Source: an uncultured virus (IMG/VR IMGVR_UViG_3300042890_000801)
Lineage: Duplodnaviria > Heunggongvirae > Uroviricota > Caudoviricetes
IMG/VR virus record: IMGVR_UViG_3300042890_000801
Strand: one strand, 5' to 3'
Length of the DNA stretch: 64,000 nucleotides
Positions 17,549 through 26,311 of this stretch are shown here, piece by piece. The position numbers were made by a program, and so were the translations under genes. Below the pieces are notes generated by a model, which saw nothing but the letters and a program-made list of their open reading frames with translations, did no database searches and was not told the DNA's origin. Each line of letters begins with the position of its first letter. Within the stretch, counting starts at the first letter, position 1.

Positions 17549-19651
17549 ATGCCGAGTACATACAGTTCCAATCTTCGTCTTGAACTCATCGCCTCGGGTG
17601 AGCAGGCCAATACGTGGGGCAACACCACCAACACCAATCTAGGCACGTTGCTGGAAAGTTCAATCGCGGGGCGCGTTGAACTGAGTTCTGGATGGGCTTC
17701 TAACTCCCTTACGCTAAGTGCATTCAACGGCGCAAACGACCAGTCTAGGCAGATGTGTCTAGTGGTCCCGGCGATTACGATCAGTGCTAACTCCACCATT
17801 ATCGTCCCTGCAAGTGCCGTCACTTCTACATCGGGCAAGCTGTATACGGTCATAAATAAGTCCCTCTCCTATTCTGTCACCATCAAATTGGCGTCTACTA
17901 CGGGCGTAACGATACCGGCTAATACAGCGAAGACTGTTATCTATAATGGTACGGATTTCCAAGAAGCCTTTACTGCGCTTGATCTGCTTACGCTGACCGG
18001 CACTCCGACTACAGCAGTGCATGCTGTTAACAAAGGCTACGTAGACAACAAATTCTTCAGCCTTGCGGATAACAACACGGTCACGGGCAACACCTCATTC
18101 ACAGGTACGGTAGCGCTCCCCACTGCAACTCCCACGGGCAACCAAGCGACTTCGTACAATTACGTCAACGCAAACTACCTGTGGAAAGCAGCTGGTGTAA
18201 CAAGCCAGATCATGAATCCTTTCTTGCGGCTGAACTACACTCCAACCGATCCTGCTGATGCCGTACACAAAGCCTATGTAGACGCTAATTTTGTAGGCAT
18301 ATCCAACGTCCAGACTATCAGTGGAGCGAAGACTTTCTCCGGCAGCGTGTCTTTGAGCGGTGCGGCTACGCTGACTTTGGCCAATGCCCCTGTGTCTAAT
18401 ATGCAGGCCAGCACGAAGCAGTATGTGGACGACAGCGTTAACGCGGCGATTGGCAGTGCAAGCAACACTTTTGCTTTGAAATCCACTACTGTTTATGCAG
18501 GCACTGGTATTCAGATCAACGGAACTAGCTTCGGCACCCTAGGAAATGATCTAACTATCTCTGTTGTCGGCGGTGGTACGGTCACTTCTGTTACGGCTAC
18601 GGCTCCTCTGGCAGTTACGGGGTCTACCGCTGTTAATCTTTCCATGCCTCCTGCTACAAGCTCCGCTAACGGTTATCTGCTCGCTACGGATTGGTATACC
18701 TTCGACAACAAGTGCAATGCCAACGGTTCAAATGCCTCTGGGGGAGCTTGGAACATCAGTATTCTAGGTAATGCCGCTACTGCGAGTTCTGTTGCTTGGA
18801 CCAGTGTATCGGGTAGACCGACTGATTTAAGTTCTTTCACAAACGGCCCCGGCTATCTTTCTAGTGTCTCTTATGGGCAGGTTAGCGGTGCTCCTACTAA
18901 GCTAAGTCAGTTTTCTAATGATACCGGGTTTGTTAATGGTGGATATGTTGATGCACAAATAAATGCCCTTGCTGTGTCTATATCTGGCGATACAATGACG
19001 GGAAATTTGGCTATTTCCTCTAACTTCACAACAAATCAATATATCTCTGGTGTTTTTACTGATGGCTCAGGCAACTATTTTCCCGGTGTAGCGGCATACA
19101 GAAATGCTACGGGAAGCAACTATTCTCCTTTTGTTATTGTCCAAACAAACAATTCCGGTCCTGTTGTCAGATATAATCTAACTACAGCAGGTGCTCATCT
19201 CTTTGTAGGCAACTTATCTGTAACGGGCAATCTTTCAGCAACTGGAACAAAACCTTTCTGCATTGACCATCCTGTATTGGAAGATAAAAAGCTCTACCAT
19301 GTAGCCGTGGAAGCTCCTAGAAACGATTTGTTGTATCGTGGAAAGGTAAAGTTAGCAGCGGGGCAAGCAACGGTTAACTTAGATAGCGAATCCCGTATGA
19401 CTGCAGGGACATTTGTCGCTTTAACGCAAAATGTGGAAGTGGTTGGACTTAATAATGCTTCAGGGTTTGGGCGGATTAGAGCCAGCGCTGTTGTTAATGG
19501 GCAGTTCACTATTTACGCAGAAGAGGCAGACTCTACCGACGAAGTAAATTGGGTTGTGATGGCCGAGCGCAACGATAATAACATGCACGGCAATACCTTA
19601 TGTGATGAATATGGTCGATTAGTCCCAGAGCAAGACAAAGAGGAGGAATAA
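17549..19651 (+). CDS. Tail fibre/spike protein
   Basis: MPSTYS..LRLELIA.GEQ..TWG..TN.N anchor; repeated A..K.YVD and PT.LS.F.N..G repeats; C-terminal KPF.IDHP...L.H...E.P....YRG domain. Confidence 0.75.
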   Translation: MPSTYSSNLRLELIASGEQANTWGNTTNTNLGTLLESSIAGRVELSSGWASNSLTLSAFNGANDQSRQMCLVVPAITISANSTIIVPASAVTSTSGKLYTVINKSLSYSVTIKLASTTGVTIPANTAKTVIYNGTDFQEAFTALDLLTLTGTPTTAVHAVNKGYVDNKFFSLADNNTVTGNTSFTGTVALPTATPTGNQATSYNYVNANYLWKAAGVTSQIMNPFLRLNYTPTDPADAVHKAYVDANFVGISNVQTISGAKTFSGSVSLSGAATLTLANAPVSNMQASTKQYVDDSVNAAIGSASNTFALKSTTVYAGTGIQINGTSFGTLGNDLTISVVGGGTVTSVTATAPLAVTGSTAVNLSMPPATSSANGYLLATDWYTFDNKCNANGSNASGGAWNISILGNAATASSVAWTSVSGRPTDLSSFTNGPGYLSSVSYGQVSGAPTKLSQFSNDTGFVNGGYVDAQINALAVSISGDTMTGNLAISSNFTTNQYISGVFTDGSGNYFPGVAAYRNATGSNYSPFVIVQTNNSGPVVRYNLTTAGAHLFVGNLSVTGNLSATGTKPFCIDHPVLEDKKLYHVAVEAPRNDLLYRGKVKLAAGQATVNLDSESRMTAGTFVALTQNVEVVGLNNASGFGRIRASAVVNGQFTIYAEEADSTDEVNWVVMAERNDNNMHGNTLCDEYGRLVPEQDKEEE

Positions 19652-19652
19652 A

Positions 19653-22034
19653 ATGCCCCTCCAAAAAATACAACTACGCCCCGGAGTTAACAGAGAAAGC
19701 ACATCTCTTGCTAATGAGGGTGGGTTTTACGCTTGCGATAAGATTAGGTTTCGCTCTGGCCAGCCTGAGAATATAGGGGGTTGGTCTTTTGCTGCGACGG
19801 ATATTTATCTAGGGGCTTGTCGTGATCTGACGGAGTGGGAATCTCTAGCGAGTTCTGGCGTGTCTTTCACTCTGCTGGGTATGGGGACAAACCTCAAATA
19901 CTACATTGACTCGAACCAAGAGTTCTACGATATCACTCCCATAGAGAAGTCCTTTGCAGCGGGTACAGTCTCTTTTGACACCATCTACTCAACGCTTAAT
20001 GGGAACATTTCAGCCACTGCCACAGACATCATTCTCACTTCCGGTACGTCATTCAGTAGAGCCTTTCCCCTTGTTATTCGTATTGGGTCAGAGGATATCT
20101 ATGTTCAGAGTGTCAGCACTAACACCTTAACCGGCTGTGTACGTGGGTACAATGGGACTACAGCAGCAGCACACAACACAGGTGCAGCGGTTACTTCACG
20201 TTGGATAATGCTTGCTTCTACCGCCAATAACTCTCAGATAGATAACTTCGTTACGATAGCGGCGGCGACAGCGTTCGGTCCCTACACGGTAGACAATCTC
20301 AACGGCAACTTTCAGATTAAGGCGGTTTCGTCTAACTACGTAGCGATTGATGTAGGGGTCTATTCGACCTCAGCTTTGACCGGACAAGGCGGTGCTAGCA
20401 TTACGGCTGCTTTTGAGATTGACACAGGTGCGGCGTTTGCTACACAGGGTACAGGGTGGGGTTCGGGTATTTGGAACTCAATGACCTACGCCGCTGGGCT
20501 AGGCGCTCTGAATGAAGAGTTAGACGACTCCGAAACGACCATAACGCTTGTCGATGCCTCTACGTTTCCTTCCTCTGGGTACATCATCATTGAGTCGGAA
20601 ATCATTCAGTATGCGGGCAAGAGCACTAACGATCTAACGGGATGCACACGCGGAGCGACTTCTAGTACGGCAACCTACCATGCTAATGGGACGATGGTTC
20701 GTCAGATCAACTACCAAAGCACAACACCCAGCGCGGGCAATCCGGTTCGAGGGTGGAGTACGTCTGCTGCCTTCGGGGTCAATATACCCATGCAGCTTTG
20801 GAGTTCTGATTCGTTTGGTCAGGATTTGGTGTACAACATTCGTAATGGTGGTGTGTATTACTGGACTGCAAGCACTGGGTTAACCTCCACAGGGGCCATA
20901 GACGAGCGTGGTGTTAACATCGCTAGCGTCGGTTTTGCTGCGGACACTTGGGCACCTGTGGTGGGAGCGCATGTCTTTGTTTCTGAAGAACGGCATATCG
21001 TGGTGCTAGGCACCAATGACCCAACAGCTACAGAACCCAGTGCACAAGACCCGTTATTGCTTCGCTGGTGCGAACAGGAAGACCCGTTGATTTGGGAACC
21101 GACTCCGATTAACACGGCAGGCTTTCAGCGTATGGCTTATGGGTCCAAGCTGATTACCGCAGAGAAAACAAGGCAGGAAATCCTTCTTTGGAGTGATAGC
21201 GCTCTCTACTCCATGCGCTACCTTGGCCCTCCCTACACCTTTGGGTTCAACACGATTTCTAACGAAATCAACCTAGCAGGGCCGAATGCTGTAGCCACGG
21301 CAAGTAACATCACCTATTGGATGGGCATTGATAAGTTCTATGTGTATTCTGGTCGGGTAGACACGCTCCCCTGTACGCTGCGCCAGTATGTGTTTGATGA
21401 TATCAACGAAAATCAGCTAGATCAGGTCTATGCCGGGACTAACGAGAAGTTTAACGAAGTCTGGTGGTTCTACCCCTCGGCGGGGACTGCTGATTCTGAT
21501 TTTCCGACAAATGACCGCTATGTAGTCTACAACTACTTGGAAAAAGTCTGGTACTACGGACAACTGCCGCGCACGGCTTGGTTTGACTCTCACATCCGTG
21601 CCTACCCTGTAGCGACTAACAACGGCATTTTGTATCTGCATGAGACTGGGGTAGACGACACTACGACGAATCCTCCAACCCCCATACCTTCTTACATTGA
21701 ATCATCTGACTTTGACATTGGTGAGGGCGACCACTTCTCCTTCATCAAACGCATCATTCCCGATGTCGATTTCATTGGGTCACAGGTGAATAGCCCTTCC
21801 GTTACGATGACTGTCTCTGTAAGGAATTTTCCGGGTCAGGGATCATTTATTTCAGCGGATAGCGAAGTAGTGGCTAGTAACAAAGTGTCTCTGCAAGTGT
21901 ATGATTACACTCATCAGGAATGGATACGCCTCAGAGGACGGCAGGTGGCGTTTAAGATCAGTAGTGATGCGCTAGGCATAAAGTGGCAGATGGGTGTACC
22001 TAGACTCGACCTCAGACTTGATGGCAGACGCTGA
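19653..22034 (+). CDS. Tail nozzle/stabilisation protein (P22 gp10/tubular B-like)
   Basis: PG.NRE, D.IRFR.G.PE.IGGW, DPLL.RW..QE, LPC....YVFDDIN, EVWWFYP, RGRQ, C-terminal DGRR. Confidence 0.72.
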   Translation: MPLQKIQLRPGVNRESTSLANEGGFYACDKIRFRSGQPENIGGWSFAATDIYLGACRDLTEWESLASSGVSFTLLGMGTNLKYYIDSNQEFYDITPIEKSFAAGTVSFDTIYSTLNGNISATATDIILTSGTSFSRAFPLVIRIGSEDIYVQSVSTNTLTGCVRGYNGTTAAAHNTGAAVTSRWIMLASTANNSQIDNFVTIAAATAFGPYTVDNLNGNFQIKAVSSNYVAIDVGVYSTSALTGQGGASITAAFEIDTGAAFATQGTGWGSGIWNSMTYAAGLGALNEELDDSETTITLVDASTFPSSGYIIIESEIIQYAGKSTNDLTGCTRGATSSTATYHANGTMVRQINYQSTTPSAGNPVRGWSTSAAFGVNIPMQLWSSDSFGQDLVYNIRNGGVYYWTASTGLTSTGAIDERGVNIASVGFAADTWAPVVGAHVFVSEERHIVVLGTNDPTATEPSAQDPLLLRWCEQEDPLIWEPTPINTAGFQRMAYGSKLITAEKTRQEILLWSDSALYSMRYLGPPYTFGFNTISNEINLAGPNAVATASNITYWMGIDKFYVYSGRVDTLPCTLRQYVFDDINENQLDQVYAGTNEKFNEVWWFYPSAGTADSDFPTNDRYVVYNYLEKVWYYGQLPRTAWFDSHIRAYPVATNNGILYLHETGVDDTTTNPPTPIPSYIESSDFDIGEGDHFSFIKRIIPDVDFIGSQVNSPSVTMTVSVRNFPGQGSFISADSEVVASNKVSLQVYDYTHQEWIRLRGRQVAFKISSDALGIKWQMGVPRLDLRLDGRR

Positions 22035-22036
22035 CC

Positions 22037-22089
22037 TTGCGCATCTGGGCTAATATCTATAAAATGAAGCTCCTCACATCTAGGAGTTT
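22037..22089 (+). promoter_or_regulatory. Promoter plus RBS-sequestering hairpin of the HNH gene
   Basis: TTGCGC-17-TAAAAT (22037-22065); AAGCTCCT (22067-74) pairs with AGGAGTTT (22082-89). Confidence 0.55.
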
Positions 22090-22093
22090 TGAA

Positions 22094-22717
22094 ATGCCTA
22101 AGAAATTTGATAGAGTCGGGATGGTGTATGGAAGACTTACAGTGCTTCGTTTTCATGGACATAATGCACATAAGCAGCGACGTTGGGAGTGCCTTTGCGA
22201 ATGCGGTAATGCTGTTGTGCTAACAGGTGGGGCGCTAACTACAGGGAACACTGTCTCTTGCGGGTGCTATCTCAAAGAGCGTATAACTAAGCATGGCGGA
22301 TATAAAAAGAGTTCTTACAACACATGGCGCGGCATGATGCGCAGATGCTATAACCAGAAAGATAAGGATTTTCCAAAATATGGCGCTGTTGTTGTGGATG
22401 TTCAACCATCATGGCATGACTATCTTAGTTTCGCAGAAGATATGGGTGAGCCAGAAGGTGATCAGACTTTGCATAGGATAGACCCGTATGGCAATTACAC
22501 AAAAGAAAATTGTAAGTGGGCGTCTCCTACAATACAAGCTAGAGAAATACGTATATCTAAACGCAATAAAACAGGGTATATAGGGGTACGCCAAAATAAA
22601 GATGGCACGTTTATGGCTAAAGTCACTGTAAAAAACAAAGCGTACTATTCAAAATGTTATAAATCGATAGAACAAGCTATAATCGCGCGTAAAGAGCTAG
22701 AAGAAAAATATTGGTAA
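22094..22717 (+). CDS. HNH-type homing endonuclease with AP2-like domain
   Basis: G..YGRLTV, WECLCECG, SCGC, Y..W.GM..RC, TL.RID..GNY..ENC.WA, NKTGY.GV. ATG 22094 follows AGGAG. Confidence 0.85.
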   Translation: MPKKFDRVGMVYGRLTVLRFHGHNAHKQRRWECLCECGNAVVLTGGALTTGNTVSCGCYLKERITKHGGYKKSSYNTWRGMMRRCYNQKDKDFPKYGAVVVDVQPSWHDYLSFAEDMGEPEGDQTLHRIDPYGNYTKENCKWASPTIQAREIRISKRNKTGYIGVRQNKDGTFMAKVTVKNKAYYSKCYKSIEQAIIARKELEEKYW

Positions 22718-23145
22718 TGAGTAAAACAGGCAACATCCCCCCTCCTCCGGTTCTGCCTCTAGCTCCGCTAGAGTATGACATTCAGTTCCAGAACAACTTA
22801 GTGCGTTTGGTCAACTACTTCATAGAACAGGTAGGCAATCCGGGCGACGTGCGGTGTACCTCGTTAGTCGTAGCCAATTTCAATTCAGACGGTAATGCGT
22901 TCTCTGCGGCTCCTCCTACACCCATAGCGGCTACTGCTCTGCAGATAGATTTGTTCTACACGATTGTCACAGTGGGCACTACAGACTTCACATTGGTCGG
23001 AGCCGCCGACAATAACCTAGGCACTACATTCAAAGCGAATGCCACAGGCACAGGCACAGGCACAGGACGAGTCATTACCGGCTCTCCACATGGCACCGTC
23101 TGGCGCGACACCGCTGATGACAACACACTGAAAATCGTACCGTAA
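22717..23145 (+). CDS. Hypothetical tail-associated protein
   Basis: P.LPLAP.EYD..F.N.L.RL..YF N-terminus; TAATG overlap with the HNH stop. Confidence 0.55.
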   Translation: MSKTGNIPPPPVLPLAPLEYDIQFQNNLVRLVNYFIEQVGNPGDVRCTSLVVANFNSDGNAFSAAPPTPIAATALQIDLFYTIVTVGTTDFTLVGAADNNLGTTFKANATGTGTGTGRVITGSPHGTVWRDTADDNTLKIVP

Positions 23146-23157
23146 AAGAGAATACTC

Positions 23158-24447
23158 ATGCCAAGATTCAACTCAACTGCCAATGGTCTAGCCTCTCTGG
23201 GACGTAACGGAGACACGATGCTCATGCACGTGAATCCTCAAGAAGTGGCTGGACTCTCTGCTCTACTTGGTTCCGAACCTACGGTGAATCCTGACACGGG
23301 CCTGCCTGAAGCGTTTAATTGGAGCAGCATTATCTCTGGCCTGATGGGGAATACGATTGGCCTAGTTAATAGCGCTGCTGTCAAGGATGCTGCAGAAGAA
23401 GTGTTAGATGCAGGGGACTGGTGGGCAGAGCCTTTAGGTTTGGGTCTTTCGAGTCTGGTAGGCGCAGGTACAAACGCCGCCACTGCTGCTGCCACTGCCG
23501 GTTTGACAGGAGGTAATGTAGGGGACGCCGCTAAAGCAGCGGGATTGACTGGAGCCGCAACAGGCCTTTATGGTGGGTTGGAAGCTGAGAATATATTGGG
23601 GCAACAGCCGAGAACAGCAGAACAGACAATGGATGATTTGTTCTACGAGGGGCCAGAAAAGGCGCAGTCCGCAGGTTTTGGTGACAGATATCTCAGCAAT
23701 CTTGGCCGCGCATGGGATACCAATGTCACAAACAAAGGCGGTTTCAAGAACTTCCTCTCTGAACACGGGCAACCCTTAATGCTGGCTGGTGGTATGCAGT
23801 CTGCGCTTGAGCAAAACTTCGGAGCAGATGAACTGGCAAAAAAACAAAAAGAAAGGCAGATGCGGTTATTTGCCGATGCAGGGCTTGATCCTTTCAATCT
23901 CATGCGGTCTTACTCTTTCACCACTCGTGGTACTGGGTATGCAGGAGGCGGGGCTGTAGGTTACGCGACAGAATTTGGGCTTCCTACACAGGTCACTATC
24001 CCTGAAAGATACATAGATGAATTGAAAAAAGCAGGAGGTATCGCCGCGCTAGGTATGACTAACCCAACAGGTCACGCGCAGGGTGGGTACATAAACATGA
24101 CTCCTTTTAACCCACAAGAGCATTACCCACAGTCGATGATTGATAAGGCCAAGCCTTATGCCGCTGCCGCTCCACAACGTCATGAGGTCGTAAAAGGCTA
24201 TGAAGATGGTGGGTTTGTAGAGGGTGACGGGGACGGAATGTCCGATGACGTGGAGGCGGTTCTTGAGGGGGAAGAAGAGATTCGTGTAGCCGATGGAGAG
24301 GTCATTATTCCCAAGGCTATCGTAGACATGTTTGGTGTTGAAGCTTTAGATAATATGCTCAAACGTGTTAGAATGGCAGCATACGGAACGGGTAAACAAG
24401 TTAAACAGGATGCTGGCAAAGAAGTCGTACTGGATATGCTGGACTAA
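23158..24447 (+). CDS. Putative internal virion/ejection protein
   Basis: GR.GDTML.H, NP.TGLPEAF, Gly/Ala-rich hydrophobic stretch, C-terminal GDGMSD...ADGE.IIP domain. Confidence 0.6.
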   Translation: MPRFNSTANGLASLGRNGDTMLMHVNPQEVAGLSALLGSEPTVNPDTGLPEAFNWSSIISGLMGNTIGLVNSAAVKDAAEEVLDAGDWWAEPLGLGLSSLVGAGTNAATAAATAGLTGGNVGDAAKAAGLTGAATGLYGGLEAENILGQQPRTAEQTMDDLFYEGPEKAQSAGFGDRYLSNLGRAWDTNVTNKGGFKNFLSEHGQPLMLAGGMQSALEQNFGADELAKKQKERQMRLFADAGLDPFNLMRSYSFTTRGTGYAGGGAVGYATEFGLPTQVTIPERYIDELKKAGGIAALGMTNPTGHAQGGYINMTPFNPQEHYPQSMIDKAKPYAAAAPQRHEVVKGYEDGGFVEGDGDGMSDDVEAVLEGEEEIRVADGEVIIPKAIVDMFGVEALDNMLKRVRMAAYGTGKQVKQDAGKEVVLDMLD

Positions 24448-24878
24448 TGAACGCAGTAGAGAAAGTAAAACCCGAAATCGCTGATCTTCAACAGGCTATG
24501 GCAGACGCAATCGCGTCTGGAGATCAGGTAGAAATCAAGGGCGACACTGAGCATTTCATTGTTCCCGGTCTGCTCTATGGGCGCAGGACGAATGTCCCTG
24601 CCGGTGCCACAATTATATCAGCGGTTCATAAAGTTCCTCATATCACTATAGCTCTGAAAGGTATCGCCACGGTAGTTGGAGAAGATGGAGAAAAGCGGGA
24701 TGTGTTCGCCCCCAACGTCTTCGTCACCCCTGCCGGTGTACAAAGAGCCATCTACGCCCATACTGAAGTGGAATGGTTGACTGTCCATGCCTGTGAAGAA
24801 ACGGATGTGGATGTGATTGAGAAGCTGCTGACGTGTAGTTCAATGGACGAGTATAAAGCAGGACTTTTGGAGAACTAG
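24447..24878 (+). CDS. Cupin-like hypothetical protein
   Basis: GLLY.R...PAG....VHK..H....G, AP..F.TPAG..R...AH...W.TVH pattern. Confidence 0.5.
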   Translation: MNAVEKVKPEIADLQQAMADAIASGDQVEIKGDTEHFIVPGLLYGRRTNVPAGATIISAVHKVPHITIALKGIATVVGEDGEKRDVFAPNVFVTPAGVQRAIYAHTEVEWLTVHACEETDVDVIEKLLTCSSMDEYKAGLLEN

Positions 24879-24879
24879 C

Positions 24880-25884
24880 ATGGCGTTTATTGTATTGGGT
24901 TCGATTGGTTCTGCTCTCGCCTCGGGGCTTGCTGCTGTTGGTCTAGGTACAGTGGGTACGGCAGCGGCAGCGGGATCAGGTATAGCTGGGGCAGTGGGTA
25001 CAGCGGCGGGAGCCGCGTCTGGTATAGGCTCAGGCATTGCTGGGGGTATCGCCTCTGGACTGGGGGCTCTCGGAATGGGTACAGCCGCTGCGCCTTCCGC
25101 TTTGGCCTCTGCTATAGGTACTGGAGCAACCACCGCTGCGGGCGGTGCGGGTATGGGTGCGGCTTCTTCTGCTGCGATGGGGGGTGATCCCGGTCAAGGC
25201 GCTTTGATGGGCGGACTCACTGCAGGTGCTATGAGTGGTATTGGCGGATTGATGGGCGGTGCTAGTGGCAGTGCTGGTAGCGCTGTGGGAGATGGATTAA
25301 CTACAGCTAGCGAAGCTATGCTGAACCCTACGGCAGCTGCAGCTGCTCCCGGTGCTACTACTGTTGGTGATGTAGCTACACAAACGGCTATGGGGCAAAC
25401 GGGTGCAGCCATTCCAGAATTAGCAACGCAAGCGGCGGCTCCTACGTCTTCTCTCTTCGGCGGTTTTGGTGGCGATCTAACTGAGATGGCTGTTAAAGAA
25501 GGCATGGGTATGATGAAGCCCGAAGAAGGCCAAGTTAGAGTCCCGCGTAGTGGCGGTGGAGGCAGACCCAAATCTCGTTACGATGAAGAGCAAGAGCAGG
25601 GCATGGGAAATCCTTTTGCTAATCCTTTTGCTGGCTTTGCCGAAGGTGGACTGACTACGCTTAAAGGCGGTGGGATTTCTATGCGCGAGGGGCAGTATGT
25701 CGTCCCTGCCGACGTTGTGAGTGCTATCGGTAACGGATCATCCAAAGCAGGGGCAAAGTTTCTGGAGCAAGCCTTCAATCACTACATTCAAAATGGTCCC
25801 CCGGAAGGAGTAAAACCTCAGAAACGTGCCGGTAGCCTAGCTGAGCAACGTATGCAAGAAAGAGTGCAGAGGGAAGCCGCTTGA
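24880..25884 (+). CDS. Putative internal virion/ejection protein
   Basis: Long Gly/Ala-rich N-terminal region; C-terminal EG.YVVPADVVS..GNGSS.AGAK.L. Confidence 0.6.
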   Translation: MAFIVLGSIGSALASGLAAVGLGTVGTAAAAGSGIAGAVGTAAGAASGIGSGIAGGIASGLGALGMGTAAAPSALASAIGTGATTAAGGAGMGAASSAAMGGDPGQGALMGGLTAGAMSGIGGLMGGASGSAGSAVGDGLTTASEAMLNPTAAAAAPGATTVGDVATQTAMGQTGAAIPELATQAAAPTSSLFGGFGGDLTEMAVKEGMGMMKPEEGQVRVPRSGGGGRPKSRYDEEQEQGMGNPFANPFAGFAEGGLTTLKGGGISMREGQYVVPADVVSAIGNGSSKAGAKFLEQAFNHYIQNGPPEGVKPQKRAGSLAEQRMQERVQREAA

Positions 25885-26294
25885 GTCTTGTTGTACAAAT
25901 AGTACCTTTAGAGTATGTTCACTCTGTCTTTGAGCACGTGATGGAGTACATAGACAATGCCCTGCAGTATTCTCACGGTGACTACACTCTGGACGAAGCG
26001 CGAGTATACATAGCGAATGGTGACTGGCAGTTGATGATTGCAGTAGATGAAGACAACTCTGTGCATGGCTGTGCGGTTATCTCTTACTTCAATCGTCCTA
26101 GAGCGCGGGTTGCCTATGTGATCGCGGCAGGGGGCAAATTTATTACGGACAAGGATGTAATACAACAGTTTTTCGGTTTGCTGAAAATGCACGGAGCCAC
26201 GTGTGCAGAAGCCGCCACTAGAAATGCTATGGCTAAGTTGTTAAAGCGCTGCGGGTTTGCTGAAAAGTACCGCATTGTCGAATGTGAACTTTAG
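25881..26294 (+). CDS. GNAT-fold-like protein of the ejection module
   Basis: WQL.IA, GCA.I, GGK, G...AE...R..M..LL.R.GF...Y pattern. Confidence 0.45.
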   Translation: MSLVVQIVPLEYVHSVFEHVMEYIDNALQYSHGDYTLDEARVYIANGDWQLMIAVDEDNSVHGCAVISYFNRPRARVAYVIAAGGKFITDKDVIQQFFGLLKMHGATCAEAATRNAMAKLLKRCGFAEKYRIVECEL

Positions 26295-26311
26295 AATTTA
26301 AGAGGCTAATT

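Noticed and set aside
13737..19651. Diversity-generating retroelement or invertible fibre cassette
   Set aside because: No reverse transcriptase, invertase, adenine-variant repeat pair or inverted fibre fragment seen.
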